From Roseibacillus sp. (GTDB taxonomy: Bacteria; Verrucomicrobiota; Verrucomicrobiia; Verrucomicrobiales; Akkermansiaceae), in assembly GCA_051251855.1 (NCBI GenBank), contig JBPOGI010000001.1:768001-832000 (forward strand): a DNA stretch of 64,000 bases, given 5' to 3'. Numbering within the stretch: position 1 is the stretch's first letter; the number at the start of each line of letters is the position of its first letter. A program made the position numbers and the translations under genes. This document shows, piece after piece, positions 9,165 through 20,238 of this stretch. Below the pieces are notes generated by a model that was not told the origin of the DNA, did not search any database, and worked only from the letters and a program-made list of their open reading frames with translations.

Positions 9165-11840
9165 ATGTCTGTCGAAACGGATTTACCCAAAGCATACGAG
9201 CCGAGTGAGGTTGAGAAGCGCTGGTATCAAGCGTGGCTCGATGAGGGCTGCTTTACCGCGGACCCCAATTCCAGCAAAGAAGGCTACGCCATTGCCATTC
9301 CTCCTCCGAATGTCACCGGGATTCTGCACTTGGGGCATGTATTGAATAATACCATTCAGGACGTTTTGGCTCGCCGTGCACGGCAAGAGGGTAAGGAAGT
9401 GCTTTGGCTCCCTGGCACTGATCATGCCGGTATCGCGACTCAGACAAAGGTTGAACGGCAAATTCGTGACGAGGAGGGAAAGACGCGGCGTGATCTTGGA
9501 CGCGAGGCCTTTTTAGAACGGGTCTGGGAATGGAAAGAAAAGCATGGGGGGATCATTATCAATCAGCTTAAGCGGTTAGGCTGCTCTTGCGACTGGAGTC
9601 GAGAGCGATTCACAATGGACGAGGACTACTCGCAGTGGGTCAGTCATGTCTTTAGCGAACTTTTCAAGCAGGGGCTCATTTATCGTGGCAAAAGAATGGT
9701 TAACTGGTGCCCTGTCTCTTTGACCGCTCTCTCGGACGAAGAGGTCATTATGAAGCCGCAGCGCTCGAAACTTTACTACATGAAGTATGAGGTCGTCGAC
9801 GCTCCTGGCGAGTTTTTGGAGATTGCCACCACTCGGCCTGAGACTCTCATGGGGGATGTCGCTGTGGCGGTCAATCCCAAGGATGAGCGTTTCGGTAAAT
9901 ATGTTGGTCGCATGGTTCGACGTCCGTTTCCTGAAGCTGATATTCCGGTGATTGCGGATGAACATGTCGATCCCGAATTTGGAACTGGTGCCCTGAAGAT
10001 CACTCCAGCACATGACAAAGCTGACTTCGAGATCGGCGTTCGTAACAACTTGGAGATTATTGATGTCCTCCATCCTGATGGGACGATCAATTTACCCGGA
10101 ATGCCAGAGTTCGATGGCCTGGACCGTTTTGTTGCGCGTCGCAAGGCGGCCGCCAAGCTTGAAGAGATGGGTCTGATGCTTAAGGTCGAGGAATACGAAA
10201 ACAATGTTGGTTACTCCGAGAGGGCTGATGTGCCGATTGAGCCTCGAATCTCGATGCAGTGGTTTCTAAAGTATCCTGCGGTTGAAGAAGCGCGGGCAGC
10301 AGTGGCTGATGGCGATATTACTTATCGTCCCGAGCGCTGGGCGAAGACTTATGCTCACTGGCTGGAGAATATCCAAGACTGGTGCATCTCGCGTCAACTT
10401 TGGTGGGGGCACCGAATTCCGGTATGGTATCGAGCCGATCAAGTTGATACCCTCAAGGATGCGGAGTCGTTGACTTTGACCGATATGAATTCAGGGCAGA
10501 TTCATGTAGGAGAGGACGCTCCCGCTGAAGGAGATTGGGTTCGTGACGATGATGTCCTTGATACTTGGTTCAGTTCTTGGCTTTGGCCCTTTGCGACGAT
10601 GACCAAGCTGGGGGAGGAAAGTCCGGAGGTGAAGAAATTCTATCCGACTGCAGACCTTGTGACGGGCCCTGATATCATTTTCTTCTGGGTGGCTAGAATG
10701 GTGATGGCTGGTTTTCACTTTCGTGGGGAACTTCCTTTTAAGAACGTTTTCTTCACCTCGATTATTAGGGACCTCAAGGGGCGCAAGATGAGTAAGTCGT
10801 TAGGTAATTCTCCTGACCCGATTGACTTGATGGAGAAGTATGGAGCAGATGGACTTCGCTTTGGTTTGATGCGCATTGCTCCAGTAGGTGCAGACGTGCG
10901 CTTTGACGAGACGCAGGTTGAAGAAGGGCGCAACTTTGCTAACAAGTTGTATAACGCTTGTCGTCTTAGGATGATGGCGGGTGGGAAGGTTGAGCTTGCT
11001 CCTCTTGATACCTCCAAGCTTCGTCCCTATCATCTCGATATTTTGGGGAAGTCTGACAAGTTGGCTCAGAATTTAACTCAAGCTTATGCGAACTACCGCT
11101 TCAATGACTTGGGGTCGTTGCTCTATGAATTTCTCTGGAGCGAAGTCTGTGATAAGTTCCTCGAGGCGGTTAAAAAGGACTTACGTGGCGATGCGGAAGG
11201 CACAGAGGCGACCCTTGCTGTGTTTGACCAAGTGATGTTGCGCTTCTTTCAAGCCCTTCATCCCTTCATGCCTCACCTAACTGAGGAGCTTGCCTCACGA
11301 ATGGGTTATCTTAAGGAGGGGGATTTCTTGATGAAGTTACCCTTAGCCCAAGAACCTTTGCTTGCTGAGGTGCCAGAATCGGCAGCTCGGGCTGAGGTTG
11401 TCTATGAGGTTGCTGGGCGATTGCGTAATTTGAAGGCTGAGTATCATTTGGCAGCTCGAAGAGATGTGCGGTTTGTCGTCAAGAATGCAGTCGATTGGTT
11501 GAGCGAGGAACTCGATGTCCTCGCTCTTCTCACTGGCGCCGAGACAATAGAAATCGATCCCTCGTTCGAAGTGGCTAAGGGAACTCCCACTGCTGTGACC
11601 GATGCGGGTGAATTCATTCTTCCTCTGGACGGGCTCATCGACGTAGAGGCCGAGAAAAAGCGCCTTGAGAAGGAGATTGCGAAAGTGGAGTCAGAGGTGG
11701 AAAAGAGTCTTAAGAAACTTCAAAATCCTCGATTTGTGGAAAATGCGAAGCCTGAAGTTGTTGCGGTGGAGAAGGAACGTCATGCCTCTTGGTTGGAAAA
11801 GCTCAAGCAGTTGCGGGAACTTCATTCTGCGCTAGTATAG
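9165..11840 (+). CDS. valS: Valine--tRNA ligase
   Basis: PPPNVTG, HLGH (HIGH motif), [18 protein letters not shown]-terminal coiled coil. Start moved to ATG 9165. Confidence 0.98.
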   Translation: MSVETDLPKAYEPSEVEKRWYQAWLDEGCFTADPNSSKEGYAIAIPPPNVTGILHLGHVLNNTIQDVLARRARQEGKEVLWLPGTDHAGIATQTKVERQIRDEEGKTRRDLGREAFLERVWEWKEKHGGIIINQLKRLGCSCDWSRERFTMDEDYSQWVSHVFSELFKQGLIYRGKRMVNWCPVSLTALSDEEVIMKPQRSKLYYMKYEVVDAPGEFLEIATTRPETLMGDVAVAVNPKDERFGKYVGRMVRRPFPEADIPVIADEHVDPEFGTGALKITPAHDKADFEIGVRNNLEIIDVLHPDGTINLPGMPEFDGLDRFVARRKAAAKLEEMGLMLKVEEYENNVGYSERADVPIEPRISMQWFLKYPAVEEARAAVADGDITYRPERWAKTYAHWLENIQDWCISRQLWWGHRIPVWYRADQVDTLKDAESLTLTDMNSGQIHVGEDAPAEGDWVRDDDVLDTWFSSWLWPFATMTKLGEESPEVKKFYPTADLVTGPDIIFFWVARMVMAGFHFRGELPFKNVFFTSIIRDLKGRKMSKSLGNSPDPIDLMEKYGADGLRFGLMRIAPVGADVRFDETQVEEGRNFANKLYNACRLRMMAGGKVELAPLDTSKLRPYHLDILGKSDKLAQNLTQAYANYRFNDLGSLLYEFLWSEVCDKFLEAVKKDLRGDAEGTEATLAVFDQVMLRFFQALHPFMPHLTEELASRMGYLKEGDFLMKLPLAQEPLLAEVPESAARAEVVYEVAGRLRNLKAEYHLAARRDVRFVVKNAVDWLSEELDVLALLTGAETIEIDPSFEVAKGTPTAVTDAGEFILPLDGLIDVEAEKKRLEKEIAKVESEVEKSLKKLQNPRFVENAKPEVVAVEKERHASWLEKLKQLRELHSALV

Positions 11841-11878
11841 GTGAGGAAAGTCTACTAAGGACTCTCATCCAACTCCCT

Positions 11879-12589
11879 ATGTCTAAAGTCTCAATAGATG
11901 AAGAGCAGAAGAAAGCTACCGCTATCCCTGTTGAAAGGGATACTCTCCGTAAGGCTCGGGTTGAGCTGAAGGACCTGCCTGCTATTCACTTTATAGAAGG
12001 TTTGGCTGAGGCTGAGCATGGCTCGGCGTCAAGTTTAGAGAAACAAGACGAGGTATCTACTCCTGAAGCTAAGTCAAAGAGTGTTGAGAATAGTCCAGCC
12101 AAGGAAGTGAAACCTCGAACTCCTGCTTTTCATCAGCCGGCTGTGGAGAAGGGATCTTCGCTCAACCGCAAAGCATTGGAGTCCACTAATCGTGGGAAGA
12201 AGCCAAGTTCGCGTCGCTTTGTGAGAGGGATCCTGCACCCTGCTGCATTCAAGGTGGCTTCGGCGGCGTTTTTTGCGATTGCAGTTCGTTTAGCGATGCT
12301 AGGAGCCGTTGTTCTAGGCACTCTGATCTTACTCGACCAAGTGGATGTTCAGTTGGCCTGGTATTTATTAATTCTTCCCATTGCTGCACTTCTTCACTTC
12401 GCGACGGTCGGAAGTGCTCGTTGCCGTGTTTGTGGGATCAAAGAGTTCGTGCCATCGGGGGCGCACAAGCATGTTAAAACCCATCGTTTTCTCTTTACTG
12501 GGCCTATTATCAGCACCGCGCTGCACTTGCTGTTGTTTAAGTGGTTCCACTGTATGTTCTGCGGAACTGCGGTGCGAATTAAGAAGTAG
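11879..12589 (+). CDS. Hypothetical membrane protein with C-terminal CxxC...CxxC metal site
   Basis: Disordered N-terminus, 2-3 TM helices, CRVCG...HKH...CMFCG. Confidence 0.65.
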   Translation: MSKVSIDEEQKKATAIPVERDTLRKARVELKDLPAIHFIEGLAEAEHGSASSLEKQDEVSTPEAKSKSVENSPAKEVKPRTPAFHQPAVEKGSSLNRKALESTNRGKKPSSRRFVRGILHPAAFKVASAAFFAIAVRLAMLGAVVLGTLILLDQVDVQLAWYLLILPIAALLHFATVGSARCRVCGIKEFVPSGAHKHVKTHRFLFTGPIISTALHLLLFKWFHCMFCGTAVRIKK

Positions 12590-12593
12590 ATTT

Positions 12594-13046
12594 CTACTGA
12601 AGATTTTTGGAGTCGAGGCTGATTGTCACGGGACCTTCGTTCACAAGGCTGATCTGCATCGTTGCCCCGAAGCGACCTCTTCCAACTGGCTTGCAGATGG
12701 CGGTTGAAAGAGACTCACAGAATTGCTCATAAAGAGGTTCTGAGATGTCCGGCTTCGCAGCATCAAGGAACGAAGGGCGGTTTCCCTTTTTGGTAGAAGC
12801 TAAAAGAGTAAACTGGGAGACCACCGTGATCTCTCCCTGAACATCGGTGATGGAACGGTTCATTTTGCCATCTTCATCTTCGAAAATACGTATGTTAGCG
12901 ATTTTTTTGACCATCCAGTTAAGGTCTTCGTCGGTATCTTCAGTGGTCACCCCCAGAAGAACGAGAAAGCCCAGATCTTGCTCTGCGAGGGTTTGCCCTT
13001 CACTGGTGACCTTGGCCTGACTGACTCTTTGAAGAATAGCGCGCAT
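12594..13046 (-). CDS. dtd: D-aminoacyl-tRNA deacylase
   Basis: MRAILQRV start, SQFTL, KGNRPSF, NEGPVT; 150 aa. Confidence 0.95.
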   Translation of the reverse strand: MRAILQRVSQAKVTSEGQTLAEQDLGFLVLLGVTTEDTDEDLNWMVKKIANIRIFEDEDGKMNRSITDVQGEITVVSQFTLLASTKKGNRPSFLDAAKPDISEPLYEQFCESLSTAICKPVGRGRFGATMQISLVNEGPVTISLDSKNLQ

Positions 13047-13074
13047 CGATTTGAAAGTGAGTGGAACAACAGGG

Positions 13075-13842
13075 CTACCAGGCCCCGATGGCGCCTGAGA
13101 ATCCCAAGGCAGTGGCTTCGCCTGCGCGAACAGCGGACTTTCCGACGGGGTTGGACGGGCAGATGAGGATAAGGCAAGGTAGCGCTTTATTCTCATCGGC
13201 TGCATTGATCGTTCCACGGTAGGTTTTTGCTCCAAAGGGGTCGACGAATTCGACGGGGAAGGACGAGGTCCCTGGGGTGAGACGCTCAGGCATAGCGGTG
13301 AGGAGGACAAAGTGACCCTGCATGCTTTGCCACTGACCGTTGCGCAGAACAAAACGACGAATCGACAGGATGGGGGGAAGCCCTTTTTGAAAAGATTTTC
13401 TAAGACGCTTGTGTGCGGTTTGCAGTTGGCGGTTGCTGTCCTTTCCCGGAGTAGCAAAGAAGAGTTCAGATTTAACTTTTGGGAGTTTCCAATCGAGCTT
13501 ACGCATTTCCTCGGCAATAACTGCGAGATCCGCAAAGTTGATGCCTCCCTTTAGCTGCCACCGTAAGCGATTGGGGAGGTTGGTGGAGGGGGCTTGGCCC
13601 CAAGATTTGATCACCGAAGCGATACGGGCTCGGTCGCTGGTTCCGGGGACTTTGAGGTAGGCTCTTTGCCAAGAGTCTTCACCCGAACCGAAAGCGTTAA
13701 GGAGGGAGGCGGGGCCACAAGAGTTACCAATACCATTTTTTTGGTCAACGAAGTCAAAGGAGCGATTGGCTGCCTTAAGTTCGAGTTCTTGGGCTGCGAG
13801 GGGAAGAAGCCCGAAAATAAGAAGAAATAGGAAGTGTTTCAC
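13075..13842 (-). CDS. Secreted papain-like (peptidase C39-like) protein
   Basis: Signal peptide; Q...SCGPASLLNA (Cys), GHFVLL (His), FVDP (Asp); GTG start overlaps the upstream stop. Confidence 0.55.
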   Translation of the reverse strand: MKHFLFLLIFGLLPLAAQELELKAANRSFDFVDQKNGIGNSCGPASLLNAFGSGEDSWQRAYLKVPGTSDRARIASVIKSWGQAPSTNLPNRLRWQLKGGINFADLAVIAEEMRKLDWKLPKVKSELFFATPGKDSNRQLQTAHKRLRKSFQKGLPPILSIRRFVLRNGQWQSMQGHFVLLTAMPERLTPGTSSFPVEFVDPFGAKTYRGTINAADENKALPCLILICPSNPVGKSAVRAGEATALGFSGAIGAW

Positions 13843-15437
13843 GGTTCAGCAGAGAAATCAAAGGTGCTGCTTTTGATGTTATTCTGCGGTTCGGCATCTT
13901 GAAAGGACTGATTGATGCGGGCTTCGCTGGTGACGAAGAAGTCGTTGCCGTCGGTGGGGAGTGCGGTAGGCACTTCAAAGGTCTGAATCTCTCCAGGCGA
14001 GAGCTGGGACACTCGCAAAGGAATCTCCGCATATGGGGTCGAGAGGGTCACAACAGCATTGGTGATGGACTCTGTGCCTTGGTTCTGCACCACGGTGATA
14101 AGGGTGTTGGAATTTCCGACTTCAACCAAATTAGAAACGGACGCAATATCGTAGATGCCACTAGTTTCAGAATTAATGACACGTCCGACATCTAAATGAC
14201 CGAGGCCATAGCTAGTGTCAGTCCCTGGAGTGCCCGCTTCGTTGGCATAGGTCATTACGTAGTCGGCGGCCTGAGTAGCGCTCAGCCCAAATTGGCTCAT
14301 TGCGGTGGCAATGGCGGCCGAGACGTAAGGTGCGCTGGCAGAGGTGCCGGTGAACTCGATGTAGCGATCGTCGGTCCAAGCCGCATAAACCTCGAGACCT
14401 GGGGCGGTGATATCAATATTTTCTCCGGTGTTGGAAAAATTGATTAACGAACCTTCTTTGTCCACGGCACCAACAGCGTAGACTTGTTCGTAGCCTGCGG
14501 GAAAGGCAGGTTGGTCAAAGCCTTCGTTACCGGAGGAGGCCACGATGACGGCTCCGCTCTCATAGGCGTATTGGACTGCTCTTTCCACTAGCGAGCTATC
14601 TCCATAGCTTCCCATTGAGACATTGATGACTTTGGCGCCCCCATTGACCGCAGCCACAATTCCCTCGGCGAGCTTGTAGGAGCTAGAGTCTCCATTGGAA
14701 TCAGCGACCCTAATATCGAGAAGGGTTGCGGATGGCGAAACTCCAGGAGTCAGCTCGTTGCTTCCACCAATCAAAGAGGCCACTGCAGTGCCGTGGCCAT
14801 GCTTAGCTAGAGAGGGGTTTTCTCCTTCTACGAGGTCGATGTGACGAATGTTGTCTGGGAGGGCTTCGTGAGCGCTGATTCCGGTATCGACGACGGCGAT
14901 GATGACATCTTTACCCCATTGGCTATTGTCGCCAGTAATCCCCAGCCACTCGAGGGCATTGCCTCGAAATCCTACGGCACTACCCTGCACTTCGCTGTCT
15001 CCCGGAGGAATAGGGAGAGTAACGAGATAGTTGTAGCCAGTGGAATCAGGATCTAGCAGGCCGTCGAAATCAGCTAGGTTGTCGAAACCAATCCAAACCG
15101 CACGCAGAGAGTCGAGGGAACCGAGGAGGCGAAGATTGGAAGAACTCAGCGAAGAGAGGAACTTTCGGTAGTCTTTTTCGTTGTCAAATTGGACAAGACG
15201 TTCGTTCGGACGCGCGAGAAGAGGATCGAGTTTTCCTAACTGGGATGAACGGCGAGGAGTCTGTCCACTGTTTTTACTTTCCGCAGGTTGCTGGGTTACT
15301 AATCGTTGTCGGCCTGGGCCAGAATCCTTGTCAACGTCGCTCTTACTGGCGACGTCTGAGCCAATCAACCAGCCTATGAGAACAATTATCGCGATAAAAA
15401 TAGCGCCCAGTCCTAGTTCGAGAGGTTTCAGTTTCAT
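13839..15437 (-). CDS. Membrane-anchored subtilisin-like S8 protease with C-terminal CARDB-like domain
   Basis: AVVDTG, HGHGTAVA, GTSASAP triad; N-terminal TM anchor. Confidence 0.9.
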   Translation of the reverse strand: MKLKPLELGLGAIFIAIIVLIGWLIGSDVASKSDVDKDSGPGRQRLVTQQPAESKNSGQTPRRSSQLGKLDPLLARPNERLVQFDNEKDYRKFLSSLSSSNLRLLGSLDSLRAVWIGFDNLADFDGLLDPDSTGYNYLVTLPIPPGDSEVQGSAVGFRGNALEWLGITGDNSQWGKDVIIAVVDTGISAHEALPDNIRHIDLVEGENPSLAKHGHGTAVASLIGGSNELTPGVSPSATLLDIRVADSNGDSSSYKLAEGIVAAVNGGAKVINVSMGSYGDSSLVERAVQYAYESGAVIVASSGNEGFDQPAFPAGYEQVYAVGAVDKEGSLINFSNTGENIDITAPGLEVYAAWTDDRYIEFTGTSASAPYVSAAIATAMSQFGLSATQAADYVMTYANEAGTPGTDTSYGLGHLDVGRVINSETSGIYDIASVSNLVEVGNSNTLITVVQNQGTESITNAVVTLSTPYAEIPLRVSQLSPGEIQTFEVPTALPTDGNDFFVTSEARINQSFQDAEPQNNIKSSTFDFSAEP

Positions 15438-15557
15438 AGGAGAATACGTTCTATAAACGTCGTTCAGGGGTAAGAGTAGCACGCAAATTGAATTATTCCC
15501 ATAAATTGGGGCGAGCTTCGTCATTGAAAGTGGGCTCTTCCGAGTCAATCCTCACCT

Positions 15558-16007
15558 ATGGACCGCTGTGAACATGGTCATCTTGTCTGTGCTGATACGG
15601 TCTTGGCCCGTGCAAAGGAGGGTGGCTTGCGCAAAACCAAGGCTCTGGAGACTGTTGTCGAGGCTCTTGCTGAGACGGGAACCCCTGTGCCGCTGACAGA
15701 GCTGGAGAAGATGCCTTCGGTTGCGGGGGTTTGTGATCGAACGACTCTTTTTCGACTTCTCAACCGATTGATCGAGCATGGACTCGTCCGTCGCTTGGGG
15801 CTGCATGAGCGTGCTGCTTACTTCACCCTTGCAATGCCGGGAGGGCATCATGACTACCTTATTTGTAAAGAGTGTGGTTCAGTGGAGATTCTACAGGTGG
15901 ATTGTCCAGTGCGTGAGTTAGAGAAAGAAGTGGCGCGAACAAGCGGTTATACTCAGCTTTATCACGAACTCGAACTTTACGGGGTTTGCCCCGGCTGCCA
16001 TGGCTAA
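15558..16007 (+). CDS. Fur-family transcriptional regulator
   Basis: DRTTLFRLL helix, HHDYLICKECG, C-terminal CPGC. Confidence 0.9.
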   Translation: MDRCEHGHLVCADTVLARAKEGGLRKTKALETVVEALAETGTPVPLTELEKMPSVAGVCDRTTLFRLLNRLIEHGLVRRLGLHERAAYFTLAMPGGHHDYLICKECGSVEILQVDCPVRELEKEVARTSGYTQLYHELELYGVCPGCHG

Positions 16008-16956
16008 GGTTCTGCGAATTGGAATCACACTGCCTCCCAATCAGGGGGTCGGAACTGGGAATCTGCGGACTGCCCAGCGTTGGGTTAAGATTTTTGCTGA
16101 ACTCGGGCATGAGCCTCGCGTTTACGGCCCGAGTGACCTGCTGGATTGTGATGTTCTAGTGGCGCTGAATGCGGTGAAGAGTCATGAGGCAATTTCGCGA
16201 TTTCACTATCAGCAACCACGGGGAAAGTTGGTAGTGGCTGTTACTGGCACGGATATGAACCGTTCGGACTCGGAGGCTTGGAGGAATTCGATGGCTTGGG
16301 CCGATCGAGTAGTAGTGTTGCAAGGAGAGGCTCTCAAGTCGCTTAAGCCCGAGATGCGAAAGAAGGCGCAGGTTATCTTTCAGAGTGTTTCGCTTCCTGT
16401 TGGGCTTTCAACGAAGACGACTAGCGAAGGTTTTCAAGTTTGTGTGGTGGGTCACCTGAGGAAGGAAAAGGATCCGATGTTGACGGCGTTGGCTTCGCGG
16501 CTGTTAGATGAGGAGTCTGACGTGCGTGTCATACAGGTGGGTGCGATTTTGGAGAATCAATATTTAGAAGCGGTGGAAGTGGAGCGAGCCATGAATCCGC
16601 GCTATCAATGGTTGGGAGAGCTCCCTCAGCAAGAGACGTTGGAATTGATTTTGCAAAGCAATCTGATGGTTCTCTCTTCTTCTTCTGAGGGAGGCCCGGG
16701 GGTTGTAGGGGAAGCGGTAGTGGCGGGCACTCCGATCCTTTCGACACGCATCGACGGTGTCATTGGTTTGCTTGGAAAGGAATATCCCGGTTATTTTGAA
16801 GCGGGGGATGGAATGATGCTCTCTCAACTGTTGAAGAAGGCGGAGAGCGAACAGTCGTTTTATCGCAGTTTGAAAGAAGCGTGTGGACAAAAAAAGGAGC
16901 AGTTTTCAATTCAAAAGGAGACCGAGAGTTGGGAGGTCTTGTTGGAGGCGGTATGA
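16000..16956 (+). CDS. GT4-fold glycosyltransferase of the SenB (TIGR04348) family
   Basis: GNLRTAQRW, VTGTD, VVGHLRKEKDP, SSSEGG and YPGYF match the SenB pattern as I recall it; 8-bp overlap with the Fur gene. Confidence 0.75.
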   Translation: MAKVLRIGITLPPNQGVGTGNLRTAQRWVKIFAELGHEPRVYGPSDLLDCDVLVALNAVKSHEAISRFHYQQPRGKLVVAVTGTDMNRSDSEAWRNSMAWADRVVVLQGEALKSLKPEMRKKAQVIFQSVSLPVGLSTKTTSEGFQVCVVGHLRKEKDPMLTALASRLLDEESDVRVIQVGAILENQYLEAVEVERAMNPRYQWLGELPQQETLELILQSNLMVLSSSSEGGPGVVGEAVVAGTPILSTRIDGVIGLLGKEYPGYFEAGDGMMLSQLLKKAESEQSFYRSLKEACGQKKEQFSIQKETESWEVLLEAV

Positions 16957-16997
16957 TTTCAAGTTGTTCACTCCGAGACACTTTTTTCAGGCCCTTT

Positions 16998-19900
16998 CTA
17001 TTCGGATGAAGCTTCGGCTGGTAGAAGCTGGTGTCGATAGAACCTCTTGTTTGCTGGGTCGTTACTTGAATTTTGATTATCGAAGGCAGAAACTAGCATC
17101 TGGTGGGGGCTGCCGGGAGTCATTGATTTGAAAACAGAAAGAGGGTTCCAGTGGACGAGGTCATCTGAAAATTCAACAGAGAGTATCCACTCATTCTCAA
17201 CGTCGTTTCTAGTATTTGCGCTAAAGTTGTAGGGGTAGTATGAGTAGTCGTTAAAGTGAAATACTTCTAAGCGGGAGTATGGGGCTTCTCCATCCGCAAT
17301 ATCGTAAAAGAACTGAGGGATATTGTTGGAGTCGCTCGTTAAGGGCTCAGTTCCAAAATACCATTCCTCGAGGTTTGAGAGTTGATCCCGGTCGGGGTTT
17401 TCAGTCTGGCTGTCCTCAGAAAGTCCACGTGATGAAGCCCACTCTGAGTAGTTGGGTGACGAAGTGATTGGAAGGTTTTTGAGCCAAAGAAGCGATCCGC
17501 TTACGATGGAGGAGAGGAGCACGTCATTTCTACCGTCTTGGTCGAGATCGTGGATAAGTAAATCCTCGGGAGCAACAAGATTGGTGGGAACGTAGATGGT
17601 TTCGCCTAGGGATCCTTCTCCAGTATTCAACGCCATCCGAAATCCATAGTCTATAATTTCGAAATAAGTATGGATTTGTGAGGATCGGATTCCAAAAACA
17701 AAATCGTCTAGACCATCTCCGTTAAGGTCTCCCGTGGCGATGGCAGTTTGAGCTGCTGATTGGAATTCAAGCGAAGCGATAGTGTAGCCCTGCCCAGTTC
17801 CCCAGTCGGGAAGGACCACGACCTCACAATAGTCGGGATAGGGTCTCTGGTCTTCAGGTTGATTTTTAAGGAAGATGAGATCGGGGATACCATTGTTGTC
17901 CATGTTGGCTCTGAGGAGCGGGCCCGCTTTGGGAGCGTACGAGCTGGTCAAAGCCTCAACACTGAATGTTCTGTCGCCATTGTTGCGATACAAGACAGGT
18001 CCGTTACCAAGAATGGAAAGGCTCATGAAGATATCCAAGTCGCCATCGTTGTCTGGGTCTGCTACCAGAACTTGATGAGGTTCAATCCAATTTGTAGTGT
18101 ATCTTCCTAACCCTCCGTCACTCTCGATCCAGTAGGGAACAAGACTAATCACTGAAGACCCTGATGAACCTCCAAATCGGCAGACAATGACTCCTTGGTT
18201 AGAATCGATTTCGAGGAGGTCTGGCAAAAGGTCTTGATCGAAATCGGCGACAGCGAGGGTGTGGGGCGGAAAAAGCCCCGAACCACTCGAATTACTTAGG
18301 TCGTGAGACTGTTCGAGAGAGGTGGAGTTGAAGTGTGATTTTTGGTATACTTCATAAGTTTGGTTGAAGAAGGAACTATACGATCCTTGATTCGTCGTCA
18401 CCAGTGGGTGGGGTCTATCTCCTAAGTGCAGTTCTCTGGTGAGACTAGATCCTCGAAATCCGTCAAGATTCATTGGGGCGAGGCTGTGAGATGGGAATGA
18501 AGAACTACTGCGCCAAGTCAATAACTCTGAAGAGTTAACGGTATTGAGAGCAACGAGGTCAGGGGTGTTGTCTTCATCTGTATGGGTGATGATCATCTTG
18601 CCCGGGAAGAAAGCAGAGTTAATCTGGAGTGGGGCTCGGAAGTTCGCGGAGGGATATCTAAGGCAGATGGGTAAGGAAGGGTCACAGGGAGGAAATGCAT
18701 CTCGATCTGAGAAAGCGATCACCTCGGGAGAAAGGGATTCGTTGATTCTGATGAAGTCACTCGAATCTTGGACAAAGATAGACACTACGAGTTCATCGAA
18801 TCCATCTTCGTCTAGATCATGTGTCGCGATCAGCTGCAGAGGGGTATCTTGGAGCTTGTCAGTTGAAGGAGGATAGAAAAGAGAACTCTCCTGAAGTTTG
18901 ATGATATTGGATTCACTGGGATGAGTGAGATCGTGTTCAACAATAAACATTTCTTCCGAAAGAGGAAACGAGACAAGGAGTTCTTGCTCAGGATCGAGAT
19001 CGAAGTTACCGGCCACGACGGAAGTAGGAAGTTGGTAGTATCGTTGAGAAGTGACGTCTTCTACTTCACTAGCAGAGACTTGCCAAAGCTGGGTGAGATT
19101 CCCGTCGGGGCCTAGTTTCTGGGCGCTCACAGTTTGGGGGGTCGTATTTGAAGCGTGTGTTAGAAACTCGGGAAAAGAATCTCCATCGAGGTCGATGGGA
19201 GTTATTTCGAGAATGCTCGTATCCGGGAGTTCACTGAGTTGCCATTGATTTTGAGCGAGATCATATACGAGGGTATGAGCCTTGGTTTCAGGATCGGAAC
19301 CGTCGTTGGGGAAGGGTGAAGAGATGTCATGAAAAGAGGCCATGAGCTCAGTTTGGTCCGAGCTGTTAGTGAAGGAGTGCCGATGATGAATCGTGAAGGA
19401 ACCGCTCTCGATGGGAGGGGAGGCGAAGGTTGGAACCTTGAGGGTAAATTGTCCGAGCGAAGTTTGAAGCGCTGGAAGAAGGTTGAGAGTGTTGTAGGAT
19501 TCGTAAAGAACGGTGCTGCGCTTCTGAAAGAGAAGGTCGTCGCGCCCATCTTGGTCGAAATCTAGAGGGATACATGGTGGGGTCTTCTCATCAATACTGG
19601 CGAGAATAGTGAACTCGTCGGGCAATGTCAGCAGGAGGCCTTGGAAAAGAGGGGGCTGGTTAGCCTTCAATTCCCACCAAAGAATGGAGGTGCCGTCCTG
19701 AACCACGAGGTCCTTTTGTTCATCTGCACCAATTCTGAGCAAAGTCATTGCACGAAAAGAGGGAGGGTCAGAAAATTGGAAAAGAGTGATGGGCTCGGAA
19801 ACTCCTGTCGCTGTCTGGTAAATGAGCGTGAGGCGATGTTTGAGCCTGTCGAGGATGACAAAATCAGGTCGAGAATCGTTCTCGGCTGCACTGTTATTCC

Positions 19901-20042
19901 AGTCGAACACCAAGACTTGGTTGGCTGAAACGGTAGGAGAAAGGTCTTCGGGGAAATCGAAGCCAAAGTCTAAATTGGACGCTCCGGCGCATGATGCTCG
20001 CACGATGAAAAGGGCAGCGATGAAGAGAAGGCAGGTTTTCAT
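16998..20042 (-). CDS. Large secreted FG-GAP/VCBS repeat protein
   Basis: Many DxDxDGxxD motifs (DFDQDGRDDL, DLNGDGLDDF, DLDQDGRNDV); C-terminal FSDDLVHW...RFYR module. Confidence 0.85.
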   Translation of the reverse strand: MKTCLLFIAALFIVRASCAGASNLDFGFDFPEDLSPTVSANQVLVFDWNNSAAENDSRPDFVILDRLKHRLTLIYQTATGVSEPITLFQFSDPPSFRAMTLLRIGADEQKDLVVQDGTSILWWELKANQPPLFQGLLLTLPDEFTILASIDEKTPPCIPLDFDQDGRDDLLFQKRSTVLYESYNTLNLLPALQTSLGQFTLKVPTFASPPIESGSFTIHHRHSFTNSSDQTELMASFHDISSPFPNDGSDPETKAHTLVYDLAQNQWQLSELPDTSILEITPIDLDGDSFPEFLTHASNTTPQTVSAQKLGPDGNLTQLWQVSASEVEDVTSQRYYQLPTSVVAGNFDLDPEQELLVSFPLSEEMFIVEHDLTHPSESNIIKLQESSLFYPPSTDKLQDTPLQLIATHDLDEDGFDELVVSIFVQDSSDFIRINESLSPEVIAFSDRDAFPPCDPSLPICLRYPSANFRAPLQINSAFFPGKMIITHTDEDNTPDLVALNTVNSSELLTWRSSSSFPSHSLAPMNLDGFRGSSLTRELHLGDRPHPLVTTNQGSYSSFFNQTYEVYQKSHFNSTSLEQSHDLSNSSGSGLFPPHTLAVADFDQDLLPDLLEIDSNQGVIVCRFGGSSGSSVISLVPYWIESDGGLGRYTTNWIEPHQVLVADPDNDGDLDIFMSLSILGNGPVLYRNNGDRTFSVEALTSSYAPKAGPLLRANMDNNGIPDLIFLKNQPEDQRPYPDYCEVVVLPDWGTGQGYTIASLEFQSAAQTAIATGDLNGDGLDDFVFGIRSSQIHTYFEIIDYGFRMALNTGEGSLGETIYVPTNLVAPEDLLIHDLDQDGRNDVLLSSIVSGSLLWLKNLPITSSPNYSEWASSRGLSEDSQTENPDRDQLSNLEEWYFGTEPLTSDSNNIPQFFYDIADGEAPYSRLEVFHFNDYSYYPYNFSANTRNDVENEWILSVEFSDDLVHWNPLSVFKSMTPGSPHQMLVSAFDNQNSSNDPANKRFYRHQLLPAEASSE

Positions 20043-20174
20043 TGAGGTATAAATCGCTGAAGAACTATTTCGGCTATGTGGCCTAGATTTCAATCACAGC
20101 TCAACGGCTAGATTGAGGGAACCTGTCTGGTAATCAAGTCGATAGTATTCGGGTCTTCCCCATGAAATATTGAA

Positions 20175-20205
20175 ACCGTTTGGCCAGACGGGGAGACCAA
20201 ACGGT
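20175..20205 (-). terminator. Probable intrinsic terminator after the ABC/DUF1080 operon
   Basis: ACCGTTTGG...CCAAACGGT 9-bp stem, followed by U-rich sequence on the minus strand. Confidence 0.5.
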
Positions 20206-20238
20206 ATCAGGTAGAAAAAATTGAACGGGCGTTGCGGG

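Noticed and set aside
13047..13535. Long N-terminal extension of dtd, likewise mtnN to 54057 and valS from 9066
   Set aside because: These extensions overlap neighbouring genes, and family-typical starts lie downstream.
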